From an uncultured delta proteobacterium (GTDB lineage: Bacteria > Desulfobacterota > Desulfobacteria > Desulfobacterales > Desulfosalsimonadaceae): a stretch of 64,000 nt of DNA. The notes below the pieces were generated by a model. It was given only the letters and a program-made list of their open reading frames with translations, had not been told where the DNA came from and ran no database searches. The position numbers and the translations under genes were made by a program. Below are positions 50,643-60,646 of the stretch, piece by piece (position 1 is the first letter of the stretch; each line of letters opens with the position of its first letter). The DNA is taken from NCBI GenBank assembly GCA_963826785.1, contig CAWGYD010000001.1, positions 352,001 through 416,000 on the forward strand, written 5' to 3'.

Positions 50643-51809
50643 TCAGATAAATGCTTTAATCCGATTCAAATATTCTAATCGGCATCGGTTTTCAATGTCA
50701 ATGAGCTTTGCCAGGGCACCGTTGAAATCGAGCCCGTCGATGGTAAATACGCCGTGGCCGTATACGATCACTCCGGGCTGGTGTGCCAGGGCGGACGGGA
50801 CCGTACGGCACAGCCCGGTCCGGCCGGTGCCCACTTCGCCTGATACCACCGGAAATCCGCAGACCTGCCGATTTTGCGGGCATGCCGCATGGCACCGGCC
50901 CCGGTTTTCACAGCCATGCATCTCGCAGTCCATGGATAAAATCACGGAAAATTTGGGATGGCCGTGCAGGATCGCCCGGCAACCGGTTGATTTTACAATT
51001 TCCAGGTGCGCGGGCAGTTCGCTGGAGGCGGTCATGCCGGTGCAGGAGGAGCCGTCCAGGGGGACCGGGTCGATGCAGCCGGTCAGGGCATCCAGAAACG
51101 CCCCGGTCTGGCTGATGTAGAGAAAATCGCCTAAAAGATACGAAATGTTGCCGAAGCTGGAATCCACCAGTTGCAGATCCACCACCTGCCGGCCGGCTTC
51201 CACCAGTGCCGCCGTAACCTGTTCTTCCGAATCAAACGGACCCCGGATCAGCTGCCCCGAAAATTCACAGCCGGGCGGCATTTTGCTTAAAACCTCTGTC
51301 AGCACCTGTCTTTTAACCGGGTCCAGGTTTCCGGCGCGGGCGTCGCGAAGCATATCGGTAAAAAATTTGACGAAACAGGCAAAGCAGACCGATGAATAGG
51401 TTACCGTCGGCTGTTCCAGACTGACCGATCCGTGGGCGAGCACACCGACTCCGGGGATAATGACGGATTTGCGGTTTCGAAGCTTGGCTGCGATGGGCGC
51501 AGTCGACAGGGCAGGGGCCACCGGCAGGTCGTGGAGAAAGGTGCGGGTTTCGCAGTCCTCAGGACAGACGGCATCGCCGGAGGTTGATGCCAGGTAGTCG
51601 ATAATGGTGCGGTAGGGTTCGGCCGGCCGGGCAAAAATCAGGGCATTGATGTTCATCTTCGAAAACAGGGGCAGCAGGACGGCTTGCGCCTCATGGCTGC
51701 GGTTGGTTTCGATTTGAGCATCCGCCATTGCCAGAAACAGATCCGTTTTTTTCACCAGGCCGGATCGGATGAGCCGGTTTTCAAAGGCCGCAAAATACGA
51801 ATAGTTCAT
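50643..51809 (-). CDS. Class II aldolase/adducin family protein (duplicated fold)
   Basis: C-terminal GNIS, SSELPAH, HGH and GHGVF; degenerate N-terminal copy. Confidence 0.8.
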   Translation of the reverse strand: MNYSYFAAFENRLIRSGLVKKTDLFLAMADAQIETNRSHEAQAVLLPLFSKMNINALIFARPAEPYRTIIDYLASTSGDAVCPEDCETRTFLHDLPVAPALSTAPIAAKLRNRKSVIIPGVGVLAHGSVSLEQPTVTYSSVCFACFVKFFTDMLRDARAGNLDPVKRQVLTEVLSKMPPGCEFSGQLIRGPFDSEEQVTAALVEAGRQVVDLQLVDSSFGNISYLLGDFLYISQTGAFLDALTGCIDPVPLDGSSCTGMTASSELPAHLEIVKSTGCRAILHGHPKFSVILSMDCEMHGCENRGRCHAACPQNRQVCGFPVVSGEVGTGRTGLCRTVPSALAHQPGVIVYGHGVFTIDGLDFNGALAKLIDIENRCRLEYLNRIKAFI

Positions 51810-53544
51810 CGGGACAACCCCAGTTCGGCGGCTTTTTCCGATGTGGGGCGCCCCGTTTCATCCAGGCCCCGGATCCGGTAATAGGCGGCCCGGGCGGATA
51901 AAAACGCCTCCCGGTCGATGGCGCCAGGGCCGCCGGTTTTTTGGTGACCGACTTCGAAAAACCGCCCGGGCAGATCGTCTGATGCGGCGTTAAACCCGCA
52001 GGCCGCGTTCATGATCCGCTCCTGGTAGCAGATGCGTTCCCCGATATCGGCCAGGTCCTGGCCCGAGCTGGGATGCCCGGTCACCGCTGTATAGACTCTG
52101 GCGTATTCCTCCAGGGATGCGGCGAAAAAGATGAACTTGCAGGCGGTCAGGGAATCGGCCATGGCATTGACGTCTTCCTGCATCTTGATGATCCGGGCCT
52201 TTCCCGTAAAGGTGAAGCGGTCCGTGGGAACCGGTTTTCGCAGTATTTCATGGCTGATGGGATAGGCCCGCAGGTGGTATCCCCCCGGGTGGCCACCGCA
52301 TAGGCGAGCGCCATGCCGCAGGCGCCCCGGGGATCATAGGCGGGCAGTTCCAGGTGCTTTACCGACATGGCGGCTTCCGGTTTTCCCTTTGAGGTTGCAT
52401 ACCGGGCCGCTCCCTGGCCCAGCTCGATGCCGACCCCCCGTCGCAAACCGATATCGGTGAGCAGCGAAATCACCAGCGCCGGGGATGGCTCTATTTCGTT
52501 TATTTCGAAATGACAGGCCAGCACGGAAGCCGCGGAGATGGTGTCCATTCCCAGATCGTTGCAGATGCCGTTTGCCGCCATGACCGTGTCAAGTTCGGAA
52601 TTTCCGATCAGGGCGGAAAAGTGGGAAAGAGTTTCAAATTCCGGAAGATGGTGCCCATCGGTCGATTTTTTTTTGCACCGGATGTGGCATCCCGCACACC
52701 CTGTCTTCAAGGGGTGAAAGCGCTGGTGCAGGGCATGGGCGTTTGCGGTACAGGCCCCTTCGAACCGGCTTTGGGTGAAATTCCGGGTCGGCATCATATG
52801 CCGGCTGTCCATGAGATCATAGAGGGCGGGGGTGCCAAACCGGGAGATGCCGAACGGCCCTGAGATGGCCGGAGACGCCGACACCAGCCGGTAGATGTCC
52901 TCCCGGGCGTCTTTGAGCGCCTCCGGATCGGCCGTCCGGATGCGGCCGGAACCTTTGACGGTGATGTACTTGATGTTTTTGGCGGCAAAACAGCACCCGA
53001 TGCCGCCCCGGCCCGCCGCATATTCGCCGTCGATGATCAGGCCGGCATAAAGGACCCCGTTCTCCGCGGCAGGTCCGATCACTGCAGTTGCGCCCCCCGG
53101 TTTCAGGCGGGAAAGGACGGTGCTGACGGGTTGCCGGTTTAAATGCGGGCAGGCCGCAATAAAGATGCCGTGATCGGTGATTTCAATGCCGCAGACGGTT
53201 TTGCTGCGGCCGGTGATGATCAGCCCGTCAAGCCCCGCCTTTTTCAGCTGTGTGCCGAAAGTCCCCCCCACGGAGGAATCGCCCACCGTTCCGGTCAGCG
53301 GTGAGCGGGACATGACGGTCATGCGGCCGGAAGTGGGAGAGGCGGTCCCCACCAGCGGTCCGGTAAACAGCAGAATCGGCATGTCCGGGTTATCCCAGTC
53401 CAGGTGAGCAGAATCTTTTAAAAAATGGCCGGCCATGCCCCTGCCGCCGACAAACCGGCGGCACAGATCCGGGTCAAGCTCAGCCGTTTCCACCTGGTTG
53501 CGGGTCAGATCGATCAAAGCGATGCGGCCGCACCATCCGGACAT
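51806..53544 (-). CDS. Aldehyde:ferredoxin oxidoreductase family (W/Mo-pterin) enzyme, frameshifted at 52281-52286
   Basis: SPLTG, GPAAEN, AGRGG, CAGCHIRC, EFET, GMDTIS and YDPRG; one extra G restores RGGYHLRAY...SLTAC...DDLPGRF. Confidence 0.88.
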
Positions 53545-53779
53545 GGCAATGCTTCCAATTTGAGGTGATTTCCATAACGCGCCTGGCGCAGGGGGCGATA
53601 TGGATAAGATAGCCCCCATTCTCACTTTTCGTCTACCACCGGACCTGAAATGCCGCAAGGCAAATCGGGGCGGCAAAATTAAACGATTTGACCTGATCTG
53701 AGGATTTTGTTAATTTTTAATCAAATTGAAAATGGATATCGATGAGATTTTCTCAGAAATGGAAAAAAAAGGAGTCGAC

Positions 53780-54415
53780 ATGACGGTGAAGGGCGAAGAA
53801 GTCAAACCCCGGGGGGATCGGTTCGAGATGCTGACCGGCGATATTTCGAAAACGGAACCGGTCAGCATCGAGGCCATCGGCGATCGGATTCGGGGGCTGA
53901 GGGAAGGGCGGCGGATCAGCTTCGAGGAATTGTCCAACGTGACCGGATTCGATGTGGACCTGCTGAAAAAGATCGAGCGCAGCGAGGTCCAGCCCCAGCT
54001 GGGGACCCTGGTCAAGCTGTCCAAGGCCCTGGACAGCGCCTTTGCGCGCCTGGTCTCCGATGTGGGAAACAAGCTTTTTTCAATCACCCGGAAAAATGAA
54101 CGAAAAACGGTTTCCCGGTCCACTTCGGAAAAAGGGAAAAATCTGTATTCCTACCAGAGCCTGGCTCCCGAGGTGAAGGGGCGCCATATGGAAGCCCTGT
54201 TCGTCAAGCTGGAGGAAAACCCGGAGCAGGAAACCTCGGTTCACGACGGGGAGGAATTTATCTACGTGATCAGCGGCACGGTGCTGCTCAAGATCAATGA
54301 GGACCTTTTCGAACTGCAACCCGGAGACAGCGTTTACTATCTCTCCACCACCCCTCACATGGTGGCGGCCAAACAGGGGAGCGCCGATATTCTGGCGGTG
54401 ATTTACGGGGAGTGA
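53780..54415 (+). CDS. XRE-family HTH plus cupin transcriptional regulator
   Basis: IGDRIRGLR...KIER...P.LGTL and HDGEEFIYV...GDSVY...PH; AAGGAG RBS before 53780 (alternative start 53732). Confidence 0.9.
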   Translation: MTVKGEEVKPRGDRFEMLTGDISKTEPVSIEAIGDRIRGLREGRRISFEELSNVTGFDVDLLKKIERSEVQPQLGTLVKLSKALDSAFARLVSDVGNKLFSITRKNERKTVSRSTSEKGKNLYSYQSLAPEVKGRHMEALFVKLEENPEQETSVHDGEEFIYVISGTVLLKINEDLFELQPGDSVYYLSTTPHMVAAKQGSADILAVIYGE

Positions 54416-54445
54416 TTAAATTAATTTAAAATCTCCAGTTTAATT

Positions 54446-54480
54446 CTGCAGGGGCAGCCCCAACAGGGTTGCCCCCGCAG
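54446..54480. terminator. Hairpin between convergent genes
   Basis: CTGCAGGGGCAGCCC-CAACA-GGGTTGCCCCCGCAG. Confidence 0.55.
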
Positions 54481-54481
54481 C

Positions 54482-55393
54482 CTAATTTTCTTCTGTCTTG
54501 ATTTTACAGGAATACCCTTCCCATTTCTCGTCCACCTCTTTCTGGAGCGCCGCGATCTGATCTTCGCTGAGCGCCCTGAACCGCGACTGTGTTTCAAAAT
54601 ATTCCTTTACCGGACGCCGGGCCTTGCCCAGCAGTTTCTCCGAGGCGCCGGTGAGCCGGAATTTGCCATGATCAATCTCGTAGAGGTCGTATAACCCGGT
54701 TTCCACGGCCAGACGGCCGATTTTGACCGTATGTCGGGGATTGAATCCCCACCCGGCCGGGCAGGGGGTGTGCACATGGATGTACTTGGGGCCGGAAATG
54801 GTTTTTGCCTTGACGATTTTGTCATAGATGTCCAGTGGATAGGCGGCTGTGGCCGTGGCCACATAATCGAGGTGATGGGCCGCCATGATGGCGGGCACAT
54901 CCTTTTTCCGCTGCAGCTTGCCGCTGATGGGGGTGGTGGTGGTGATCACGCCCTGGGGAGTGGTGCCGGAGCGCTGGACCCCGGTATTCATGTAGGCCTC
55001 GTTGTCATAACAGATGAAGATGAAATTCTCGCCCCGCTCGCAGGCCCCGGACAGGGCCTGGAGGCCGATGTCGCTGGTTCCGCCGTCCCCGGCCCATGCA
55101 GCCACGGTGATGTCGTCTTTTTTCTGCGCCCTTAATGCCCCCAGCACGCCGGTGGCCGCAGCCGCAGTGGATGCAAAGGTTACGTTGAGGCAGGGGAGCT
55201 GGGTGGCGGCGATGGGATAGAGCCCCTGGAGCACGGTGAGACAGCTGGGGGGGACCACCAGGATGGTGTTTCTGCCCAGTGCTTTCAGACCGATGCGGTA
55301 GATGAGGCTCAGGCCGCAGCCGGCGCAGGCCCGGTTCCCCGGGTGGACGAGTTCGTCTTCGGGAAGGTTGAGTATGGTTGTCTTGGTTGTCAT
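54482..55393 (-). CDS. porB: POR-type 2-oxoacid:ferredoxin oxidoreductase beta subunit
   Basis: ACAGCG, GDGG, DNEAYMNTG.QRS and PCPAGW motifs. Confidence 0.88.
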   Translation of the reverse strand: MTTKTTILNLPEDELVHPGNRACAGCGLSLIYRIGLKALGRNTILVVPPSCLTVLQGLYPIAATQLPCLNVTFASTAAAATGVLGALRAQKKDDITVAAWAGDGGTSDIGLQALSGACERGENFIFICYDNEAYMNTGVQRSGTTPQGVITTTTPISGKLQRKKDVPAIMAAHHLDYVATATAAYPLDIYDKIVKAKTISGPKYIHVHTPCPAGWGFNPRHTVKIGRLAVETGLYDLYEIDHGKFRLTGASEKLLGKARRPVKEYFETQSRFRALSEDQIAALQKEVDEKWEGYSCKIKTEEN

Positions 55394-55458
55394 ATGGTTT
55401 CCCTGTCGATAAAGGGTTTTCAGGGTTATAGGGTAAAGGCGGCAATGATGAGCCGCTT

Positions 55459-55625
55459 GACACCCCCCTGGCCCCCCTCAAGGGGGGAATTTTCTTTCCG
55501 GTGCTATTCTTTTAATACCCCTCAATGGACGATCGTCTTTCGGGTGTTCTTTTTTTTACCCCCCCTGAGGAGGGCCGATCGTCTTTCGGGTTTTCTCTTC
55601 TTAATCCCCTCTTGAGGAGGGGGTA
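55459..55625. repeat. Second copy of the REP/MITE-like element with degenerate ~45-bp internal repeats
   Basis: GACACCCCCCTGGCCCCCCTCAAGGGGGGAAT at 55459; CGATCGTCTTTCGGGT occurs twice; ends with ATCCCCTCTTGAGGAGGGGG. Confidence 0.75.
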
Positions 55626-55631
55626 AGGCAT

Positions 55632-56824
55632 TTAAAGTTTAAGCCCGATCCACCGGGGTGTATCGCCGATCTGTTCTCTTTGGGTGCATGAACTCCGCAG
55701 CGCCGTCATCAGGTCCCCGGTTTTGATTTCCCGGCCGCCCAGGCCCAGGATGTAGTTATGGACGAAGGGCCGGTTGGCGGCAGGGTAAAGGGCCGCCTTG
55801 ATGTCTGCATAGAGCGCCCCCTGGTTGCCGTAGCTCAAAGCCTTTTCGAACACGATGGCACCCTTGGCATTTTTGAAATGATCGACGATGGCCTGGTCGG
55901 GAAAAGGCCGGTAGAGCCGCAAACCGGAAACGCCAACTAAGAGGCCCTCTTCCCGCAGGACATCTACCACGTCCCGCAGCTGATAGGAGAGCGATCCCAG
56001 GCAGATGGCGATAAATTCGGCATCATCGCACCGGTAGGCCTCGATGAAGGGATCGGTTCCCCGGTTGAAATCCCCCTTGAACTGCTTGCTGATCTCTTCC
56101 ACCACCGGGATGGCGCCGCGCATGTCCATGTGCAGGTTATGCCGGATCTCCATATATCCCGGTGCCATCTGGCCCCGGATATCCGGCCGGATATCGGGAA
56201 GGGTCACCGTGTTCAGGTTGGCCGGACATTTCGGGTCCAGCGCATAGGCCGGCTTGAAGGGGGGAGAAATTTGTCCACGGCTCTGGCCTCCGGGACCTCG
56301 AAGGGCATGTAGGTGTGGGACAGAATGTAGCCGTCGTAGCAGACCATGACCGGAACGCTGACGGTCTCGGCCAGGTAGAAGGCCTGTATCACCGTATCGA
56401 TGATCTGCTGGTGGTCGCAGGCATAGAGCTGAATCCACCCGGTGTCCCGCTGGGCGATGGAGTCCTGGTGATCGTTCCACACGGTCCAGGGGGCGCCGAT
56501 GCCCCGGTTCACCACGCACATGACGATGGGAAGCCGAGCGCCGGCGGCCCAGTGGAGCTGCTCATTCATGTAGAGCAGGCCGTTGGCGCTGGTGGCGGTA
56601 AAGGCCCGGGCACCGGTGCTTGAGGCGGCGATGCAGACCGACAGGGCGCTGTGCTCGCTTTCCACGGGAATGTACTGTGCTTTCATCTCGCCCCCGTCCA
56701 CGAGTTCGGAAAGCTTTTCTGTGAGCGGGGTCTGGGGGGTGATGGGGTAGGCGGCGATCACCTGGGCGCGGGAGAGTTTCACCCCGTAGGCGGCGGCCAC
56801 ATTGCCCGATTCAATCACATGCAT
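55632..56824 (-). CDS. porA: POR-type oxidoreductase alpha subunit, frameshifted at 56259-56264
   Basis: AYPITPQT, VESEHSA and DGYILSH in one frame; LYRPFP and LGLGGRE in another; joined by one extra base in the 6-base run. Confidence 0.88.
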
Positions 56825-56827
56825 GGC

Positions 56828-57133
56828 TTATTCCTCCTCCTTGATGAACACCGTTTCCTCCACCATGGTGATGGCGCCCACCGGGCATTCCTCCGCGCAT
56901 ATTTCGCACCCCTTGCAGTATTCGTAATCGATTTTCGGGGGAATGGTGCGGGAGATCACACCGTCAGGGCAGTAGAGCCAGCAGTTGAAGCAGGCTTTTT
57001 TATTGGATTTGGCAGGGATGCATTTGGTCAGATCGATCACCGGACGCACCACCCGCCAGGAACCGGTCCGACCGGCATCGCCCGGCCCGGGCTCGCTATG
57101 GGATTTATGGCATCCGAAATCCTTTTTTTTCAT
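56828..57133 (-). CDS. porD: POR-type oxidoreductase delta subunit
   Basis: TGSWR..RP, CFNCWLYCP and YCKGCEICAEECP. Confidence 0.88.
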   Translation of the reverse strand: MKKKDFGCHKSHSEPGPGDAGRTGSWRVVRPVIDLTKCIPAKSNKKACFNCWLYCPDGVISRTIPPKIDYEYCKGCEICAEECPVGAITMVEETVFIKEEE

Positions 57134-57696
57134 GAGATTTCTCCGATGAGGGTGTTTTCGTAGACGGTCCGGGCCGCCTTGGCATTTCGTTTGGGTTTGC
57201 TCTTTTTGAATTCAGCCTCGATGGCCGCCGCCAGTTCGTCGATGCCGATCAAGCCGGAAGCCTTGGCGAAGGCGCCGATGATGCCCGTGTTGACGATTCC
57301 CTGGGGAAGCCCCACGCCGGCGGCCAGCGTGGTAACGTCCGCGGTGGCGACTTTCATCCCCTTGAACGGGTAGGCATCGGGATGGCGGGGCGTGTTGATG
57401 ATGACCACTCCGCCCGGTTTGAGACCGCTGGTGACGCCCGCTTCTTCCACCAGCAGGTGATCGAGCACCACCACCATGTCCGGCGCGGTGATGGGGGACA
57501 GGTCATAGATCTTGTTTCTGGAGATTTTAAGCGAAGTCAGAACGGGCGCTCCCCGTCTTTCCGTACCAAAGGTGGGGGTCATGACCACTCCGCCGTACCC
57601 GGAGGCAAACGCCGCATTGGCCACAATTTTAGCGGCCGTGATCGCGCCCTGGCCCCCCCGGCCGTGCCATCTGATGGCAATGATATCGTCTCTCAT
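57130..57696 (-). CDS. porC: POR-type oxidoreductase gamma subunit
   Basis: RWHGRGGQG, FGTERRGAPV and NTGIIGA motifs. Confidence 0.88.
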   Translation of the reverse strand: MRDDIIAIRWHGRGGQGAITAAKIVANAAFASGYGGVVMTPTFGTERRGAPVLTSLKISRNKIYDLSPITAPDMVVVLDHLLVEEAGVTSGLKPGGVVIINTPRHPDAYPFKGMKVATADVTTLAAGVGLPQGIVNTGIIGAFAKASGLIGIDELAAAIEAEFKKSKPKRNAKAARTVYENTLIGEIS

Positions 57697-58128
57697 ATTG
57701 CGTCACCCAGTTTGATTCGTCGGTTTGTAAATCAGGGTTATTTCGAAGGAAACTTCAATTCATATCCCAATGCAGAAAAAAAATCAAGTTTCCATGGAAT
57801 TGGGTTTGGTGGCTATAAGCCTTTGATCTATAAAACAAAAAACATTATGTATCCGGACAGCGAATCTTTCGAAAAAGGTTGGGCATGGCATTGAGATTCA
57901 TGGAAATAAAATTGTTTGTCAACCTTTAATTCTCACCGGCCGAGGGCGTTTGAATTCATATAACCTGCTTGAATTTAGATGGTTTAATCGTCAACCCGGG
58001 GTGAAAACCAAACTTCACCCGTGTGTTAATTTTTCTTGATCATCAACCATAAAAGTTTTAGGGAGTAGAAATAACCCGTTTTCAAGTAAAAAATGAAATG
58101 AATCCAGCAGTTCTGAATGGAGAAAAAG

Positions 58129-59190
58129 ATGTCGATCAGGATCGTTGAGTCAAAAAGCCGCAAACCGCTGCCGAATGAAGGTGAATTGACTTTCGGCACG
58201 CAGTTTACAGACCATATGTTCAATCTGGATTACGACCGTAAGAACGGTTGGCATAATGCCCGGATCGAACCCTATCAGCCGATTGCCATGGACCCGTCCA
58301 CCATGGTGCTGCACTATGGCCAGTCCATATTCGAGGGGTTGAAGGCATATAAGACCCCCGCCGGCCGCGTCCAGCTGTTTCGGCCCGAGGAAAATTTCAA
58401 GCGCTTCAACCGGTCCGCGCACCAGTTGTGCATCCCGCCCATCGACGAGCGTCTGGCACTGGAAGCCCTCAAGAAACTGCTGGAACTCGATCTTCAGTGG
58501 GTGCCTTCCGCCCCCGGGACATCGCTGTATATCCGGCCCACCATCATCGCCATGGATCCCTACCTGGGCGTGCGGGCTTCCAACACGTACCGCTTCTTCA
58601 TCATCCTGTCGCCGGTGGGCGCTTATTATAAGGAAGGGTTCAACCCGGTGAAGATCTGGGTGACCGACAAGTATGTGCGGGCCGTGCGCGGCGGCATGGG
58701 CGAAGTGAAAACCGCCGGAAATTATGCGGCCAGCCTCTATGCCGGTGAAGAGGCCCACCAGAAGGGATTCACCCAGGTCCTCTGGTTGGACGGGGTGGAG
58801 CTGAAATATATCGAGGAAGTCGGGTCCATGAACATCTTTTTTGTCATCGATGACGAAATTGTCACCCCGTCCTTGAGCGGCAGCATCCTTTCGGGCATCA
58901 CCCGGGACACGGTCATCCAGATGGCCGAGTACTGGGGATCACCGGTGCGGCAGCGGCGGATCAGCATCGACGAAGTGGTCGCCGCACACGATGCGGGCAA
59001 GCTTCAGGAGGTGTTCGGATCCGGAACGGCCGCGGTGATCTCCCCTGTGGGGGAAATCAAATACAAGGACAGAGTCATGAAGGTGGGCAACGGCGAAGTG
59101 GGCCCGTGGGCGAATAAATTTTTCACCGCCATTACCGATATTCAGTTCGGCAGGGCCGAAGATCCCCACGGCTGGGTCATGCCGCTGTAA
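58129..59190 (+). CDS. ilvE: Branched-chain amino acid aminotransferase
   Basis: LHYGQSIFEGLK, LYIRP, KTAGNY, EEVGSMN, LSGITR and GTAAVI motifs. Confidence 0.95.
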   Translation: MSIRIVESKSRKPLPNEGELTFGTQFTDHMFNLDYDRKNGWHNARIEPYQPIAMDPSTMVLHYGQSIFEGLKAYKTPAGRVQLFRPEENFKRFNRSAHQLCIPPIDERLALEALKKLLELDLQWVPSAPGTSLYIRPTIIAMDPYLGVRASNTYRFFIILSPVGAYYKEGFNPVKIWVTDKYVRAVRGGMGEVKTAGNYAASLYAGEEAHQKGFTQVLWLDGVELKYIEEVGSMNIFFVIDDEIVTPSLSGSILSGITRDTVIQMAEYWGSPVRQRRISIDEVVAAHDAGKLQEVFGSGTAAVISPVGEIKYKDRVMKVGNGEVGPWANKFFTAITDIQFGRAEDPHGWVMPL

Positions 59191-59281
59191 AATAATATCC
59201 ATCCGGAAGGGCCATCCTTATTTTCCGGATATAAACCACAAATTGGCACATGCCGGCTGATGAAACCGCCGGTTTCCTTTC

Positions 59282-59311
59282 CGGGCGGAAAAGTCTCTTC
59301 TTTTCCGCCCG
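59282..59311 (+). terminator. Hairpin after ilvE
   Basis: CGGGCGGAAAAG-TCTCTT-CTTTTCCGCCCG. Confidence 0.6.
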
Positions 59312-59896
59312 AATTGTTTCCCCCCCCTCATTTCCGCCTTAGAACCGCTTTATGCGTGCGATAGAATCCTTATTTGATCTGCCACTACATAAGAGATACG
59401 GATTCATAGCGCATATTAGGGTTTTGCCGTAACCTGAATCCGGGTGCCGGCGCCTTTTCCCCACCGAAACGATCTTCTTTCCTCCTGATTTTTTCATCTT
59501 TTTATCCTACCCTGCCGGGGTTTTTTCCCATGAATGTCGTTCGAATATACATAAAAACTCTGCCGAAAATACCTGTCCTCATTTATTTCAAAGAAAATTA
59601 TTCCACGTTAAAAGTTCTATTAACATTGAGCACGTCCCCTTTTGGGATGTTCTCTTCTTATGGATACTGAAACCATGAGGCACTTTCTGGGACAGTGGGC
59701 ATGAATGAAGGCTTCAGCAGCAGATAAGCGGAAAAAAAAGTTTGCGGCGGTTGAGTTCCGGTGGGGGCTAACCTGAGGGTTCCCGGATGTGTGAAAAAAT
59801 TCCGGAGTTTTGACTTTTTGCAAACCGAAATTACCGGAATTGATGATCATGTCCTTTTTTAATTTACCACTATGAAAATAACGGGGGATTTAGACA

Positions 59897-60619
59897 ATGC
59901 GTTTTTCTCTGCGAAATCGCAAATCTGCGGCTGGAATCGGCACGGCGCTTCTACTGGTGATTTTTCTGATGGGATGCGCTTCTCAAAATGTGAAAACTGT
60001 CGATTTAACGGATAAATCGAATATTCCGGTCACTGTTTCGGAAACCGAGGTGGCATTATCCCCGGGAGATATCATCGACGTCAAGTTTCCTTATGCCAGT
60101 GAATTCAACGAAACGCTGACCATTCTGCCCAATGGGAAAATTATCATGCCCCTGGCCGGCGAGGTGATGGCCGCAGGCAAAACGCCCGTCGCCCTTCAAA
60201 AGGAACTTTTTGATATTTATTCAGGTCAGCTGCAGCATCCCGAACTCGCGGTTATTGTCCGTTCGCTATATGAGCGCCGGGTTTTCGTGGGCGGAGAAGT
60301 GAACACGCCCGGTGCGGTCCCTTTGCCCGGAAACCTCTCCGTGCTGGAAGCCATAATGGAAGCCGGCGGGTTCATCATGGATAACGCGGATGTCTCCGAT
60401 ATCCTGGTGATGCGCCAGCGAAACGGCGAAAAAGTCGTATTAGTGCTCGATTACGAGGATGTCCTGGATGGCCAGGCCGCAAACCAGCCTTTCTATCTTC
60501 AGCCCCAGGATGTGGTGTTCGTCCCCAGAAAAGGCATCGTCAATTTCGATGTGTGGGTGAGACAGCATTTCTGGGATCTTTTGCCGAACTTCGGTGTGGC
60601 ATACACATTTGGAAATTAG
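59897..60619 (+). CDS. Polysaccharide export (Wza/Poly_export) lipoprotein
   Basis: Lipobox LMGC; PGD.I.V, GKIIMPLAGEV.AAG, GEV..PG and AGGF motifs. Confidence 0.88.
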   Translation: MRFSLRNRKSAAGIGTALLLVIFLMGCASQNVKTVDLTDKSNIPVTVSETEVALSPGDIIDVKFPYASEFNETLTILPNGKIIMPLAGEVMAAGKTPVALQKELFDIYSGQLQHPELAVIVRSLYERRVFVGGEVNTPGAVPLPGNLSVLEAIMEAGGFIMDNADVSDILVMRQRNGEKVVLVLDYEDVLDGQAANQPFYLQPQDVVFVPRKGIVNFDVWVRQHFWDLLPNFGVAYTFGN

Positions 60620-60646
60620 AAAGTCCAGAACGAAGGAAAAATCATT

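Noticed and set aside
52147..53676. ORF-track N-terminal extensions of AOR, VWA (to 50024), permease (to 43938) and nadA (to 28174)
   Set aside because: They overlap neighbouring genes or precede the family-typical start, so downstream ATGs were chosen
59744..59758. GGCGGTTGAG as an ops/JUMPstart element
   Set aside because: Only a partial match to GGCGGTAG; too weak to call
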